Positions 1-12,944 are shown, numbered from the stretch's first letter. The stretch is DNA of 64,000 nt from Eledone cirrhosa (GCA_964016885.1 OZ024755.1:6510001-6574000), one strand, 5' to 3'. The notes: generated by a model from the letters alone, not told the origin. Translations and numbers: made by a program.

Positions 1-225
1 TTATATACATATAAGAACTAGTATGTCCCTGTATATTTCAGTTTCCACTTTTTCTCATTAAAATGCGTGCAAAAATCACTCTTCAAAGAAATATGAACAG
101 GCAGATTTTTTGAGTGTATAATCAATATATTGAAAATGGGAACATAGACAAATAGACAAATACACACATGTGCACACAGCTGCACACACAAGTGTGTGTG
201 CTTGTGTGCGGGTTTCTATAAGGCG

Positions 226-270
<45 letters not shown>

Positions 271-489
271 TTGTGTTTGTATATATATATATATATATAT
301 ATTCATATATGTATTTATACATACAGATATATTTTCATATATACATATATATATATTATATATATATCTATATACATATATATATATATACACATATATA
401 TATACATATATACATATAGATATATTTTCATGTACACATATATATATATAAATGTGTATAAATATATATACATAAATATATATATATAT

Positions 490-1442
490 TTTATTAATCA
501 AAAGGCCAGGTGAAAAAGGAGAGAGAAAAGGAAAGAGAGGGAAAGGAGGAAAATCAGGGGGGAAAAGATGAGGAGAGAGGGGGAGGGTAAAATAGGAAGG
601 AATGGAAGAAAAAAAGTGTACAGATCCCACCGTGGGAAGACACAGGTGAAAGAAACATGCAAAAAAGTAACAATGGAAAAATAGGGAAAGTAAGTTGTGG
701 CTAACCTGAGAGACTTGAGCCTAACCTGAGAGACTTGAGCCTGGTGGTCAGGTACGACTCAGAGCTGGTATAACCGTGCTGCCTCTCGTATAGACAGGAG
801 AAAGTGAGAGAGAGACACGGGCAACCGAAAGGGAGGAGAAGGGAAAGGGAGATAAATCCAGAAGGGTTTTTTTACGACGGTGGTAAAAACGAGCCGTAAA
901 GATTGCGGAGAGAGAGGCCACCACGGCACGTGTAAACATGTCAACAATCAAAACCGAACGGATGGATAGAGAGAGGGAGATAGAAAAAAACGAGAGTGAC
1001 GAGGAGAAGGGAAGAGAGAAGGGAGGGTCGATGCGAAAGTGTGGAGGGTACACAGATCGACGAAAGCAGGTAGGGTCCCAGCGGTAAATACAAAAAGTTA
1101 TGAAACGGAAGGAGCTGTGTAGTTACTAAAGGTTTAAGATGGTGGTTAGGACGGAACAGGAGGAGAAAGGAAGAAAGGAGTTTCCATCGTCAGCTGTAAA
1201 TGTATCCCGAAACGATGTTTCGGTGCTGAATTACAGGACATCGGTGTAGTTCGGGTGCACCCGAGGCCTTTTATTAATCAAAAGGCCAGGTGGAAAAGGA
1301 GAGAGAAGAAGAGAGAACAAAAGTAGAGAGAAAAGGAAAGAGAGGGAAAGGAGGAAAACAGGGGGGGGGGGGGTGAGGAGTAAGAGAGAGAGGGAAAATA
1401 GGAAAGGAATGGAAGAAAAAAAGTGTACAGATCCCATCGTGG

Positions 1443-1445
<3 letters not shown>
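490..1445 (-). mobile_element. Unclassified ~950-bp element bounded by ~150-175-bp direct repeats, inserted between (TA)n tracts
   Basis: 490-638 and 1269-1445 share TTTTATTAATCAAAAGGCCAGGTG...GGAAGAAAAAAAGTGTACAGATCCCAYCGTGGGAA. AATAAA lies at the repeat end on the minus strand. Internal 20-bp tandem duplication at ~701-741. Confidence 0.55.
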
Positions 1446-1470
<25 letters not shown>

Positions 1471-1478
<8 letters not shown>

Positions 1479-1900
1479 ATACTTGGGGAGGGTCATATTT
1501 GTGTAATATTGCCAGAATTAATAACAGAACACACTCACTGTTTGGTTGGTTTTCGCTTTTCGCTTCTGGTGTAGAAAATACAATGCAACGTGAGGAAACA
1601 ATAGCACCAGATGTGCAACGAAAGAACTTTGATAAACTATATATATATATGTGTTTGTGTTTATATTGTATCTGTATTATTTTTGACCGTTGGTCAGTCA
1701 ATGGCAACATTTAGGACCGAATAAATTAGATTACCGATATAAAAGACACAGAAGTGAAAAGCGAAAACCAACCAAACAGTGAGTGTGTTCTGTTATTAAT
1801 TCTGGCAATATTACACAAATATGACCCTCCCCAAGTATAACAATATTTGTTTCGACACACGATTTCATATCAAAAACCTCGCAAAACTAATTCATCGCCG

Positions 1901-1905
<5 letters not shown>
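1471..1905. mobile_element. Inverted-repeat element (98-bp arms), Penelope-like/retrozyme-like candidate with a degenerate hammerhead on the minus strand
   Basis: 1471-1568 is the reverse complement of 1749-1846 with about 1 mismatch; (TA)n on both sides. Related sequence at ~16386-16590 and 37041-37065. Confidence 0.65.
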
Positions 1906-1964
<59 letters not shown>

Positions 1965-4900
1965 ATGAATATGTGTGTGTAGATGTATACGTGTGCATGC
2001 CTCTGTGTTTGTATTCATGTATATTTTATATGTATATATATATTTATGTTTCTTTCTGTGGCTTTTTTTAATCAACCGGTCTCCTATGGTAGAACAAGAT
2101 TCTTGCTTTAAAAATTATTCACCACATAGGAAATGTGACATGGTGACTTTATGATGACTTACTTCTTACTTCTTACCTAAAATATGTTTATACAATCTTT
2201 TTTAACGTAATCTCAGTCGTAGTTAGATGTATGATTAAAATATTCACTTCTCATTCTCGCGTTTGCAGCTTAGATGGCACATTTGTTCTGATACAGTATT
2301 CTCTCGTTGATTGACTCTTCATGAGATATGCATAGTCTTTCGTAAATCTCAAGTAGCTTGTTGCTTCCTCACCTGGTATCAGAGATATTTTTAAAGCATT
2401 GATTGACATGTTTACAGGCTGTGCTGTTACTTATAACCTACCTATGAATATTATCTTGACATAGCCTTACATATTACATTATGAACGAATAAAGAAGATT
2501 CTACCTGGTTGTTCAAGACGCTAGAAATTGTAGCCAAACATTTCTCAAGTCACAATCAATCGCCTTTAAAAGGAACAAAACCCATCAATAAATGGCAAAA
2601 TATGTTACTTATAGTCTGCGCAATCAGCTTTGATCTGGAGATAAACAAATACAAATTACACTGGCCAAACAAGATTGTTATGTCTTGTAAAATTCCTACT
2701 AACGAGATCAATGTGCTTCTTTATAATAGTTGTTTGCTTAATATACAGTTTATATTTACTAAGAATTTTAACTGTGTACTTAGTACGTAGCTTGAGGTCT
2801 TCAAAGACAAATTGAATTAGATTGGTGATTCGTTTCCGTTGTAACTGTATATAATCATATATGTTTCTAATTTCAACTATAAAAACGTATAGGGTGGTTC
2901 TGTACTACACAGAGTTTCTTGGTAAATAGTCTTGAAGGAATAGTAGAAGACACTTGCCAAAGGTGCCTCACATCATGTCTGTACCCAGAACCATATGGTT
3001 GTAAATTATATTCCTTAACAATAAGACCATATATAATTTCACATCTTCCTTAAATATATTCTTTTATAACGAAGCTAAATTATATAACGTTAATTAGATT
3101 GCTCGCTATATAGTCCATTGCAGAAGGCAGAACGATTTAACATGTGAACTAATTGAGAAAAATATAAAACAGAGAAAAACATTATAAAATACTTTAATAA
3201 TATATTGAAATATGGTGAGATCAAATACGCAATTTCCATGAAAGTACATGCATGAACCTTCTCTTTAGTACTTACACTCGCTTTTGTATTTCTTTGTCTG
3301 GGAAATAATTTAGATTACATAAATTGTCATTGGTTTCCTTTCTAATAAAAAATATCTAATTTTTACAATTGAATATATCAATACATTTCTCTCCGCTCAA
3401 TAAATTCAGGTGTTCCATAAACTCAAACTAATTATCATCTCCCATTGTTTTTAATCAAGCATTAACTGAGATTATTTCTTTTTCTCCGCTTTTTTATTAT
3501 ATAATTAGTTTTAATCTACGGCTAGTGTGGTATATATTAGGTAGGTAATATTGAGTATAGGTTTGCTTATGGATCACACACACACACACGCACACGCACA
3601 CACACACACACAAAATACCTTTAAGTTCACCATGAATAAAACAAGGTAAAGAAGAAAAGAAAGGTATATTTATTCGCAGTATAATAGTCGATAAATTATT
3701 TTACTATTTAGTCTATCATTGCTATTGAACTGAAATGATAGAAGAGAAGTTTTATTTTTAGATTTGTACGTTTGTTTTAAAAGCACAAGGGAGTATAACT
3801 GCCTATTTCTAAGGAATGAAATTCGGGGAATGCACGTTTGAGTAGATGAAGTACTAACTAACTTTCCAGCTATGCTTCAGCTGCTTTCGAGAAGTGAAGC
3901 AAGTGCAGAAGGAAATGATACCTTTCTTCAATGTTATAACTTAGCGGGAATAAATGAAATTGTCTCGAATTTCCTTTATGCGTGAGACTTGATGAAAGTC
4001 AATCTTCGCATGAATTTTCGTACAATCGTGTTTCCTATAATTTTAAAGGATATAAATATAGATAAAGACAAAAATAAAGAGAAGAGTATTTGATATAAAA
4101 TAAAGGCATAAGATTAAATAATGATATGACGAATGTGACCGAAAGCAAAGTAAGTGAAGAATGTTTATAAAGGAGCCCTAATAAATGCGAAAGGGGGAGA
4201 TGAAATAGAAGACGAATTTTTGGAGGCACTTAGAAAAAAAATATAGGTGCTTTCATCAAGTTGGTATTTGAAACTGGGTGCGGTTTTGAAGGTAATTATT
4301 TCTTAGTATTTGTCCAATATATCATCCTCATCACTGGCATCATTCTCATCAAATCCTGTTTGTATTTAAATTGAGAATTCACTAGTTTGTCTGCCGGGAT
4401 TTTTAGGATGGATGGATGGATGGGCGCATTGTTAGAATGATGGAAGAGGTACCTTGCACTTTTCAGTTACGTCCCTTTATGTAAGGTTATCTTTATCTTG
4501 ATCCTTTATGGGTGGATAAAATATATGCCAGTCAATATATTGAGTTTGGTGTAATAGAATGTTTTCTTCGGCTTGTATCTCTGTTAGATGTAAATCTTTA
4601 GTGCTCCGTTTAGAGAAGGAGAAAGCGAAAGAGAGAGAGAGACATAATGAGAAAGAGAGCAAAATAGAGTGAAGGAAAGCGTGTAAAATGATGGGTAACA
4701 TAAAAGAAGGCTCAGTTAGATGTTAGTTGTGTAAGTTGTGTGAGAAGTGAGGGAGAAAGAAACAAGTTCAGAAAGATCAAATTTCTCACAGTAATTATAG
4801 AAGCGGCAGAAATAATGAATGACATGATACGATAGGCCAGAGAATATCAAATATTTTCTGCAAGTGAAAGTCAAAAGCAATCAGGAACAATGGATATAAC

Positions 4901-5213
4901 ATTTACTAGAAAGAATACAAGAGATTGGATTGTTATATGTTAATTAACAAGGTGTTATTGAAGCAAAAAAACAGTGATAGTCGTAAATATAACAGCTTCG
5001 TAACAAGACAAGGGAAATATGTAACAGCGTATCTTATGTCAAAATGATTACACCAAAAGATAAATCACTGAGATTAATTGCTCAGAGACGTGATCTGCAG
5101 GGAAAACAATAGTGAAATTCGTGTTAACATATTTAATGTAGTTGGCATGAAAATCTAATTAGAAATAAAAACGTTATCTCAATTATTGATATTATTGTAA
5201 TACTTACACACAC

Positions 5214-5256
<43 letters not shown>

Positions 5257-5403
5257 ATCCCACATCTATAAGTAGTAAAATCGACGTAGAGTACTGAAGA
5301 TGGATTACACCTGATTGTGTAATTCTTGATTGTTGTGATGTAAGTCCATCACTGGAAATTAATTAACTATTGAAATAAGACAACTATATAAATATATATA
5401 TAC

Positions 5404-5591
5404 ATAATTGTTTCTACTTTTGGCACAAGGCCAGCAACTACCCAGTGTATTACTGGTACTTTAATTTATCGATCCCGTAAAGATGAAAGGCAAAGTTAAC
5501 CCCGGCAGGATTTGAACTCAGAATGGCAAGGGCAGTAACTCTATGCGTCAAAGCATGGCGTCCGACCCTCTACCGATACTGCCAATTCCCC
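5404..5591 (-). mobile_element. tRNA-derived SINE, family A
   Basis: Reverse complement has a tRNA-like head (TGGCAGTATCGG...GAGTTCAAATCC), central GCCTTTCATC...GATAAA...AGTACCAG domain and GTAGAAACAATTAT tail. Confidence 0.9.
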
Positions 5592-5638
5592 ATATGCATA
5601 ATGTGTGTGTGTGTGTATTTTATATATATATATATATA

Positions 5639-5670
<32 letters not shown>

Positions 5671-5844
5671 TATTATATATATATATATATTATTATATAT
5701 ATATATATTATTATATATATATATTATTATATATATATATATATATTATTATATATATATATATATATATATATTATTATATATATATATATATATTATT
5801 ATATATATATATATATATTATTATATATATATATATTATTATCA

Positions 5845-6032
5845 GCGGTGGATTGGCAGTATCGGTAGAGGGTCTGACGCCATGCTTTCCAGCATAGTTA
5901 CGTCCCTTTACGATCTGAGTTCAAATCCCGCCGAGGTTGACTTTGCCTTTCATCCTTACGGGGTCGATAAAATAAAGTACCAGTAATGTACTGGGTAATT
6001 GCTGGCCTTGTGCCTAAAGTAGAAACAATTAT
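5845..6032 (+). mobile_element. tRNA-derived SINE, family A
   Basis: GGTGGATTGGCAGTATCGG (A-box-like), GAGTTCAAATCCC (B-box), GCCTTTCATCCTTACGGGGTCGATAAAATAAAGTACCAG, tail AGAAACAATTAT. Confidence 0.9.
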
Positions 6033-6213
6033 ATATATATATATATTATTATATATATATATATATTATTATATATATATATATATTATTATATATATAT
6101 ATATATTATTATATATATATATATATTATTATATATATATATATATTATTATATATATATATATATTATTATATATATATATATATTATTATATATATAT
6201 TATTATATATATA

Positions 6214-6250
<37 letters not shown>
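6033..6250. repeat. 20-bp-period minisatellite (ATATATTATTATATATATAT)n
   Basis: Lines starting 6061 and 6121 are identical and each has a 20-bp period; similar array at ~5660-5840. Confidence 0.85.
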
Positions 6251-6253
<3 letters not shown>

Positions 6254-6504
6254 GGATAATAGATAGAGAGAGAGAGAAAGATTAATATGTAGATAGATAT
6301 ATAAATACTTTTATCTTGTATGCAGATGCACGGTGACAAATATATAAATATATATATATATACATACATATATTAGACGGGAACAAAAACAGAGAGGCAG
6401 TACAAATAAGAGTTTATTAGGTTCACGCTTTCGATATATATATATATATATATAATTATATATGTGTATGTATATATATATATACCTACACACACACACA
6501 CACA

Positions 6505-6559
<55 letters not shown>

Positions 6560-6566
6560 CCAATAC

Positions 6567-6650
<84 letters not shown>

Positions 6651-7680
6651 TGTCTAGGTATAGACATGGCTACATTACGAACCATTGTATTAGACACATT
6701 CACACCGATTCCTTGGAGAATTGGTTTACAATGCTAAGTACACAGGAAATTACTTTCCTCTGTTATGTCACAGTTTCACTGCAGACCAAGAAGCTACATA
6801 ATTCCTGCAGATGTTCTATAAGTATTCTATACAATATAAAGTTAAATACAATAACATAGTCTGTGATAAATGAATGTGTATATCACTAATTATTGAAGTT
6901 CGAAGTTATTATTGGATAGAAACAGTGTGGTGATTTGCTTGGAACTTGATAAAAATATACATTGTTAATGATTGATCTGTATTGGACATCCGTCGGTTCC
7001 CGTTGTTCGAATATCACACAGTTTAGGCGACAAAGAAATAGAGAAATTATAATTATACAAATATATATAGATTTATTCATAGAAATAACCCGAACGGCCA
7101 TGATGAAAAGGGAATCAACCCTTATAATAATAGTTACCCTCGGGATGATAAAAAGATGAACATTCAGATAGACACTTAGCTAAACCCCAAGACTCACATT
7201 AATAGAACCCATAGAAAATAGCATTACTGTGCACTGCTAATAATACAAACAACAACTGCACCTACACAAAGGGTACAGAGTCGTTCTCTGTAAGACAGTG
7301 ACAGCATGCAATGAAATGAAGATATATGATAATAAAACTAATAATCTGTACTTGTTTTACTCCTTAGAATGTGTATTGAAAACATTCAGCTACACACATA
7401 TATATATATATACATATATATATATTTATATATATATATATATATATTATATCATATTATATATATATATATATATATTATATCATATTATATATATATT
7501 ATATTATATTATATATATTATATATATATATATATTATATCATATTATATATATATTATATTATATTATATATATATATATATTATATTATATTATATAT
7601 ATATATATTATATATATATATATATATATTATATTATATATATATATATTATATTATATTATATATATATTATATCACAT

Positions 7681-7735
<55 letters not shown>

Positions 7736-7792
7736 TATATATATATATATTATATTATATAGAGATATATAGATATATATAGTATAATATAT

Positions 7793-8276
7793 AGTATAAT
7801 TGAATATAAAAGAGAGATAAACACAGATATATACATATATGTGTTCAAATCGTAAGGGACCAGATTTGCTAGGGTTAAAGGGTTTGCCAGACTCAATTTA
7901 AGAATAAATCAAGAAAATAAATACAAACCGGAATTGTGGTAACTACCAGACACACAAACAGAGTTTGGTGATGATGTTTCGCAATTTAATTGTGAAGAGG
8001 ATCACCAACTTTTTGCTCATCAGTGAGTGTAAAATTAGTAACATCTTCACTTCTATGTATCTCAGAAAACTGAATAGTGTGCGTATATAAAATAACGCAC
8101 ATGGCATCAGACCTAGTGTGTCTCATAAACGGTTACCACTAAAAATAGCAGCCAAGTTTACTCGACATTTAAATTAGCCCAACAAATTGAAGGAGCCGAA
8201 TATATCAAAGGTATACGATTTGAACACATATATGTATATATATGTGTTTAATCACTCTTTTATATTCAATTACACT
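7793..8276. mobile_element. Inverted-repeat element (~62-bp arms) containing a partial hammerhead core
   Basis: 7793-7854 is approximately the reverse complement of 8214-8276. Minus strand 7969-8023 reads CTGATGA-GCAA...TTGC-GAAAC. Confidence 0.55.
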
Positions 8277-8360
8277 CTACAGCTCGGAAAAATCTCTTTA
8301 CTTGAGCTATTTAATTGTAATAAACTATTTTGAGTTTCTAACTCAATATATACCTTTGAT

Positions 8361-8434
<74 letters not shown>

Positions 8435-8489
8435 TTCGTTTTTATATTAATCATAAAATATCATTTAGAGCATTAATCTTAATAAAGCA

Positions 8490-8531
<42 letters not shown>

Positions 8532-9187
8532 AGAGTATTTGTGTTTGAGTGAGAGAGAGTGTCTGTGTTTTTTCGATAGTGTGTATGTGTTTGTGTGTGT
8601 ATGTGTGTATGATTGTGTGTGCGTGGGCGTTTTTCTGCGAAATAATGTCTGACTGCGTCTGTAGGTGAGTGACTGTATATATGTGTGTTTGTATTTGCGA
8701 GAGTGAATAAGTGTGTGTTTATGAGAGAGTCTGCATGTGTTTCTGTATGAGTGAGTGTTTATGAAAGAGAGTGTGTTTGTGTGTTTGTATGTGTGTGTGA
8801 GCGTGAGTGTCTGTGTGATTGCGTGTTAATCTTAATATACTGTACGTCTGTACGTATGCATGTGTATGTATGACATGTTTCTGTGTGTATGAGCGTATGA
8901 GTATGTGTATGTATTTGATATTATGCCTGTGCTTGAGTTAGTAGAATATGTCAACAAGAATCATCGTAACAATTACATAAGACCATTAGCAACACTGAAG
9001 TGTGATGGGAAACAGAACATGTTCACCTTAATTATATTTTGTTTTTACCTTTTTTTCCCAATGTATACCTAATGTTTGTCTTAAGCAAGGAAATTTGTAA
9101 TCTCTTTCTTAAATCATCAATAACAAATAAGTTCTCATAGAATTAGGAACAGGAATGAGAGGGCAAACAAATGCTTGCAACTATGCA

Positions 9188-9247
<60 letters not shown>

Positions 9248-9430
9248 ATAATAATAAATTTGAAGACTAAAATCCAAAGAGGGCTTGATAAGGATAAATA
9301 TATATCAAATATATAAGAACCGTAGAGCAAATAGAGTTTCAGAAGGTCCCGTTAAGGGTGAAAGCAGCGATTCTTTGCTTAAACTTTAATCTGTTATTTT
9401 AATAAATATATATATATATATGTATATTCG

Positions 9431-9477
<47 letters not shown>

Positions 9478-9478
9478 G

Positions 9479-9517
<39 letters not shown>

Positions 9518-9534
9518 GTATATAAATATATATA

Positions 9535-9721
9535 TAACGAAGGAGTTGTGGTAAGGAACCAGATGGACCATAACACACCAGAGTACTCAATACTTAGGGT
9601 AGTATTGTGGATAATAGGAAAATGAATGACACCCGACGGAGGAGCTCCTGCCGTTTCGACGGCTATTCCAGAAATAGCCGTCGAAACGACTTGAGCTCTG
9701 CCGTCGGAGTCATACATTTTC

Positions 9722-9725
<4 letters not shown>
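9535..9725 (-). mobile_element. Fold-back element copy 1 (112-bp palindrome plus ~80-bp unique tail) in (TA)n
   Basis: 9614-9725 is self-complementary around loop CCAGA; the whole unit is the reverse complement of 36818-37010. Confidence 0.85.
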
Positions 9726-9753
<28 letters not shown>

Positions 9754-9799
9754 CTGTATGAGAACATTTGTTATTGCTGTTTTAAGAAAGAGCTAAGAA

Positions 9800-9859
<60 letters not shown>

Positions 9860-11223
9860 ATTTATCTTATTATTAAAGGAATGGTTTTTATTCGCCTTAG
9901 ATACGCTATACCCACGCGGATGAGATTAAGGCAAGGTCTGAAATGATCTGACCTAAAAGAAAAATAATTTTTTTTCGCCATCACATGTTTGAAATATGAA
10001 TAATAATAACAATAATAATAACAGTAATAATAACAACATACAATACCAGTGCACCAAATATGCTCTGACTTCCATACCATACCACACCATACACATAATT
10101 TATGCAATCATTCCCGAATAATACAAAAGCTTCACCAACAACATCAACATCAACAACAACAACAACAAAAATAGCAGTATAAAAATTAACAAAACGGAAA
10201 TAATCAAACTACAACCAACAGAAGATTTTGGTCAACCCGAAAATATAATAAAAGACAATAGCCGAAAATGCCACTCAGTGGGTGTGAACACGAAGTTTCA
10301 TGATTGTACTGTAAAATTCTTAAGCATTCCGCTATTCTGCGTCAATAGATTCAGTGACACCGCATAATGTTATCTCGGCAACACAATCTCCACCTTACTA
10401 TGACAACATAAGATAATGAAAGTTGAATCATGACTAGAAAGCTATTAAAATATGTTGTTCGTTATGAACAAAAATTCTATCTATTGAATTTCTATAGAAA
10501 CAAATCACCCTCTGCTATATATTTTTCACATGACTTCTTTCCATCTATTATAATACCATTAAACCTATTCTTCTTCGTTTTGTTGTTCTTGATTTTCTTG
10601 TTTCTCTCTCAGCTTGAATTCTATAGCAGATAATCTGTTAATTAATCCCAGGACGAAGAAAATATGCTAATGAATTTATCATAAATAAGGTAGCTGCACA
10701 CATATATGTACAAATACATACATACACCCATATATATATATATGTATATATATGATGCATGTGTGTGTGTGTATGTGTGTATCTGTGTATGTATGTGTGT
10801 GTGTGTGTGTGTGTACAACCAACCTATTATGGAAATATTTCATTCTTAATTGCAACAAAGAGTTCAGAATTCTTAATTTCAGAGCATTTCTGATTCTTGT
10901 TGAAAATGCTGGTGATGGTGATGGTGGTGGAGGTGTGGTGGTGGGAGGGTTTCTTGTGGGTAGTGGTGCTGGTGCAGGATAGTGAGGGTAGTGTTGTTGG
11001 TGGTTTTCCTGGTGTCTAAGTTAAAAATCAATATTAGTATTAGGTCAAAGGTTATAGTCTGTCCAAGCTTAAAGGCTCATCAGGCCAGAACTTAGCAAGG
11101 TTTAATTGGCGTTAAGAGACTGCAGGTACCAGCATAATAAGGATGTATATGAAAACATATAGCATATGTTTATATACTATATGGGTGCCTTGCTATCAAA
11201 ACCAAACATATTTATATCATATA

Positions 11224-11310
11224 TGTCAGTAGCAGTCAGAAATACTAGACAGCGCTGTTTCATGATTGGTTAAACTCTCATCAGCAATATTTACTCAACT
11301 GCTACTGTCA
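11224..11310 (-). ncRNA. Minimal type I hammerhead ribozyme motif (stem II decayed)
   Basis: Minus strand: AAATATTG-CTGATGA-GAGTTTAACCAATCAT-GAA-ACAGCGCTGT-C-TAGTATTT. Stem I 8 bp plus outer CAGTAGCAGTT/GACTGCTACTG; palindromic stem III; GUC site. Confidence 0.75.
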
Positions 11311-11450
11311 AAGAAATAGACTAGAGTCTATAAAGATTTTGCAAGTTGGACACAGCAGAGAGAAACATCGGTTGAAAATGCTCATTTGCGTATAGTACGA
11401 TCTTGGCTGGTTATAGTGGTGCCGCTAATATATTATGTATATATATATAT

Positions 11451-11718
11451 CTATCTAGGGCGGGTAAAATTCCCGAGATCCATGGACGAGTTCTCTCCAG
11501 CGGACTCTGTCCCTCATTATCGCTGCCATAACCTGCGTCTCCAAGAGACCAGTGTCTGTCCTTAGGACATCAACATATGTTAACCTCGGTCTTCCTCTTC
11601 CAGTGTGTCCATGCAGGGGGTTCCACAGGAGCACTGAATGCAGTGTCAACACTGGATGTCGGTGAGCATGTCCAGCTAACCTCAGTTTCCTCTGTGCTAC
11701 TCTTGAGCTGACTTTTGG
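11451..11718 (-). mobile_element. RTE-clade LINE 3' fragment
   Basis: Encodes LLWNPLHGHTGRGRPRLTYVDVLRTDTGL...RDRVRWRELVH; TAGA tail; matches 40120-40704. Confidence 0.9.
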
Positions 11719-11730
11719 ATTTGTATATAT

Positions 11731-11771
<41 letters not shown>

Positions 11772-11859
11772 TATATATATATAAATAATATATATATATA
11801 AATAATATATATATATTTATAAATAATATATATATATATATAAATAATATATATATATA

Positions 11860-11895
<36 letters not shown>

Positions 11896-11897
<2 letters not shown>

Positions 11898-12058
11898 GAC
11901 GGACCAAAGTAGACCTGGGTGGAAGCGGTGAAAGCTGATCTAAAATGGCTGAAGCTTATCAAGGAGATGATGTAGAAACAAGAAAAGTGGAGGGTTGTGT
12001 GATGAGAAAGACCTGTACAAACCATGCAATCATGGAATAACGAACGTAAAATGGTGAT
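11896..12058 (+). mobile_element. Second RTE-like LINE 3' end, decayed
   Basis: Reads like GPK*TWVEAVKADLKWLKL...KWR, resembling the RTE C-terminal GRP..TW...V..DL...W motif, followed by a 3' UTR. Confidence 0.6.
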
Positions 12059-12061
12059 ATG

Positions 12062-12137
<76 letters not shown>

Positions 12138-12239
12138 CACGATGTGAGAAAAACCACAGATTTCATCTTTTTTCCCTATACTTTCACTCGTGTAGGACAC
12201 CTCGGTTATTTTTCATTTTGTAAAAAAAACCTAACTTTC

Positions 12240-12241
12240 TG

Positions 12242-12274
<33 letters not shown>

Positions 12275-12386
12275 CATACATATATATATATATACATACA
12301 TACATATACATATATACATATACATATATATATATATACATATACATACATATATATATACATACATATATATATACATACATATG

Positions 12387-12417
<31 letters not shown>

Positions 12418-12470
12418 ATATATATACATACATATATATATATATATACAGACATTACACATATACATAC

Positions 12471-12503
<33 letters not shown>

Positions 12504-12608
12504 CATATACATACATATATATATATATATGTACATACATACACATACATACGCATACATATATACATACATATATACATATACATACATACATACATAC
12601 ATACACAC

Positions 12609-12639
<31 letters not shown>

Positions 12640-12770
12640 TATATACATACATACACATACATACACATACATACATACACATACATACATATATATATAC
12701 ATACATATATACATACATACACATACATACATACATACATACACATACATATATATATATATATATGCTT
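12240..12770. repeat. Compound (TA)n/(TACA)n microsatellite
   Basis: Direct inspection. Confidence 0.95.
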
Positions 12771-12913
12771 TCTGTATTATAATTTTGTAAATTATAATAT
12801 TCATCCATTTTGGTTCATAATCTTGATAAATTACCTCCGAATGTTATCAACATATCTTATTACGTATTTTTCACACACACCCACAATATATATGTATATA
12901 TATATGTATATAT

Positions 12914-12944
<31 letters not shown>

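Noticed and set aside
5845-5935. tRNA gene-like A and B boxes
   Set aside because: No complete cloverleaf; always fused to the SINE body and tail.
11070-11130. CTGATGAG on the minus strand
   Set aside because: No stem II/GAAA arrangement follows. Same for isolated CTGAYGA hits near 1186, 24855, 26423, 32363, 42113 and 49534.
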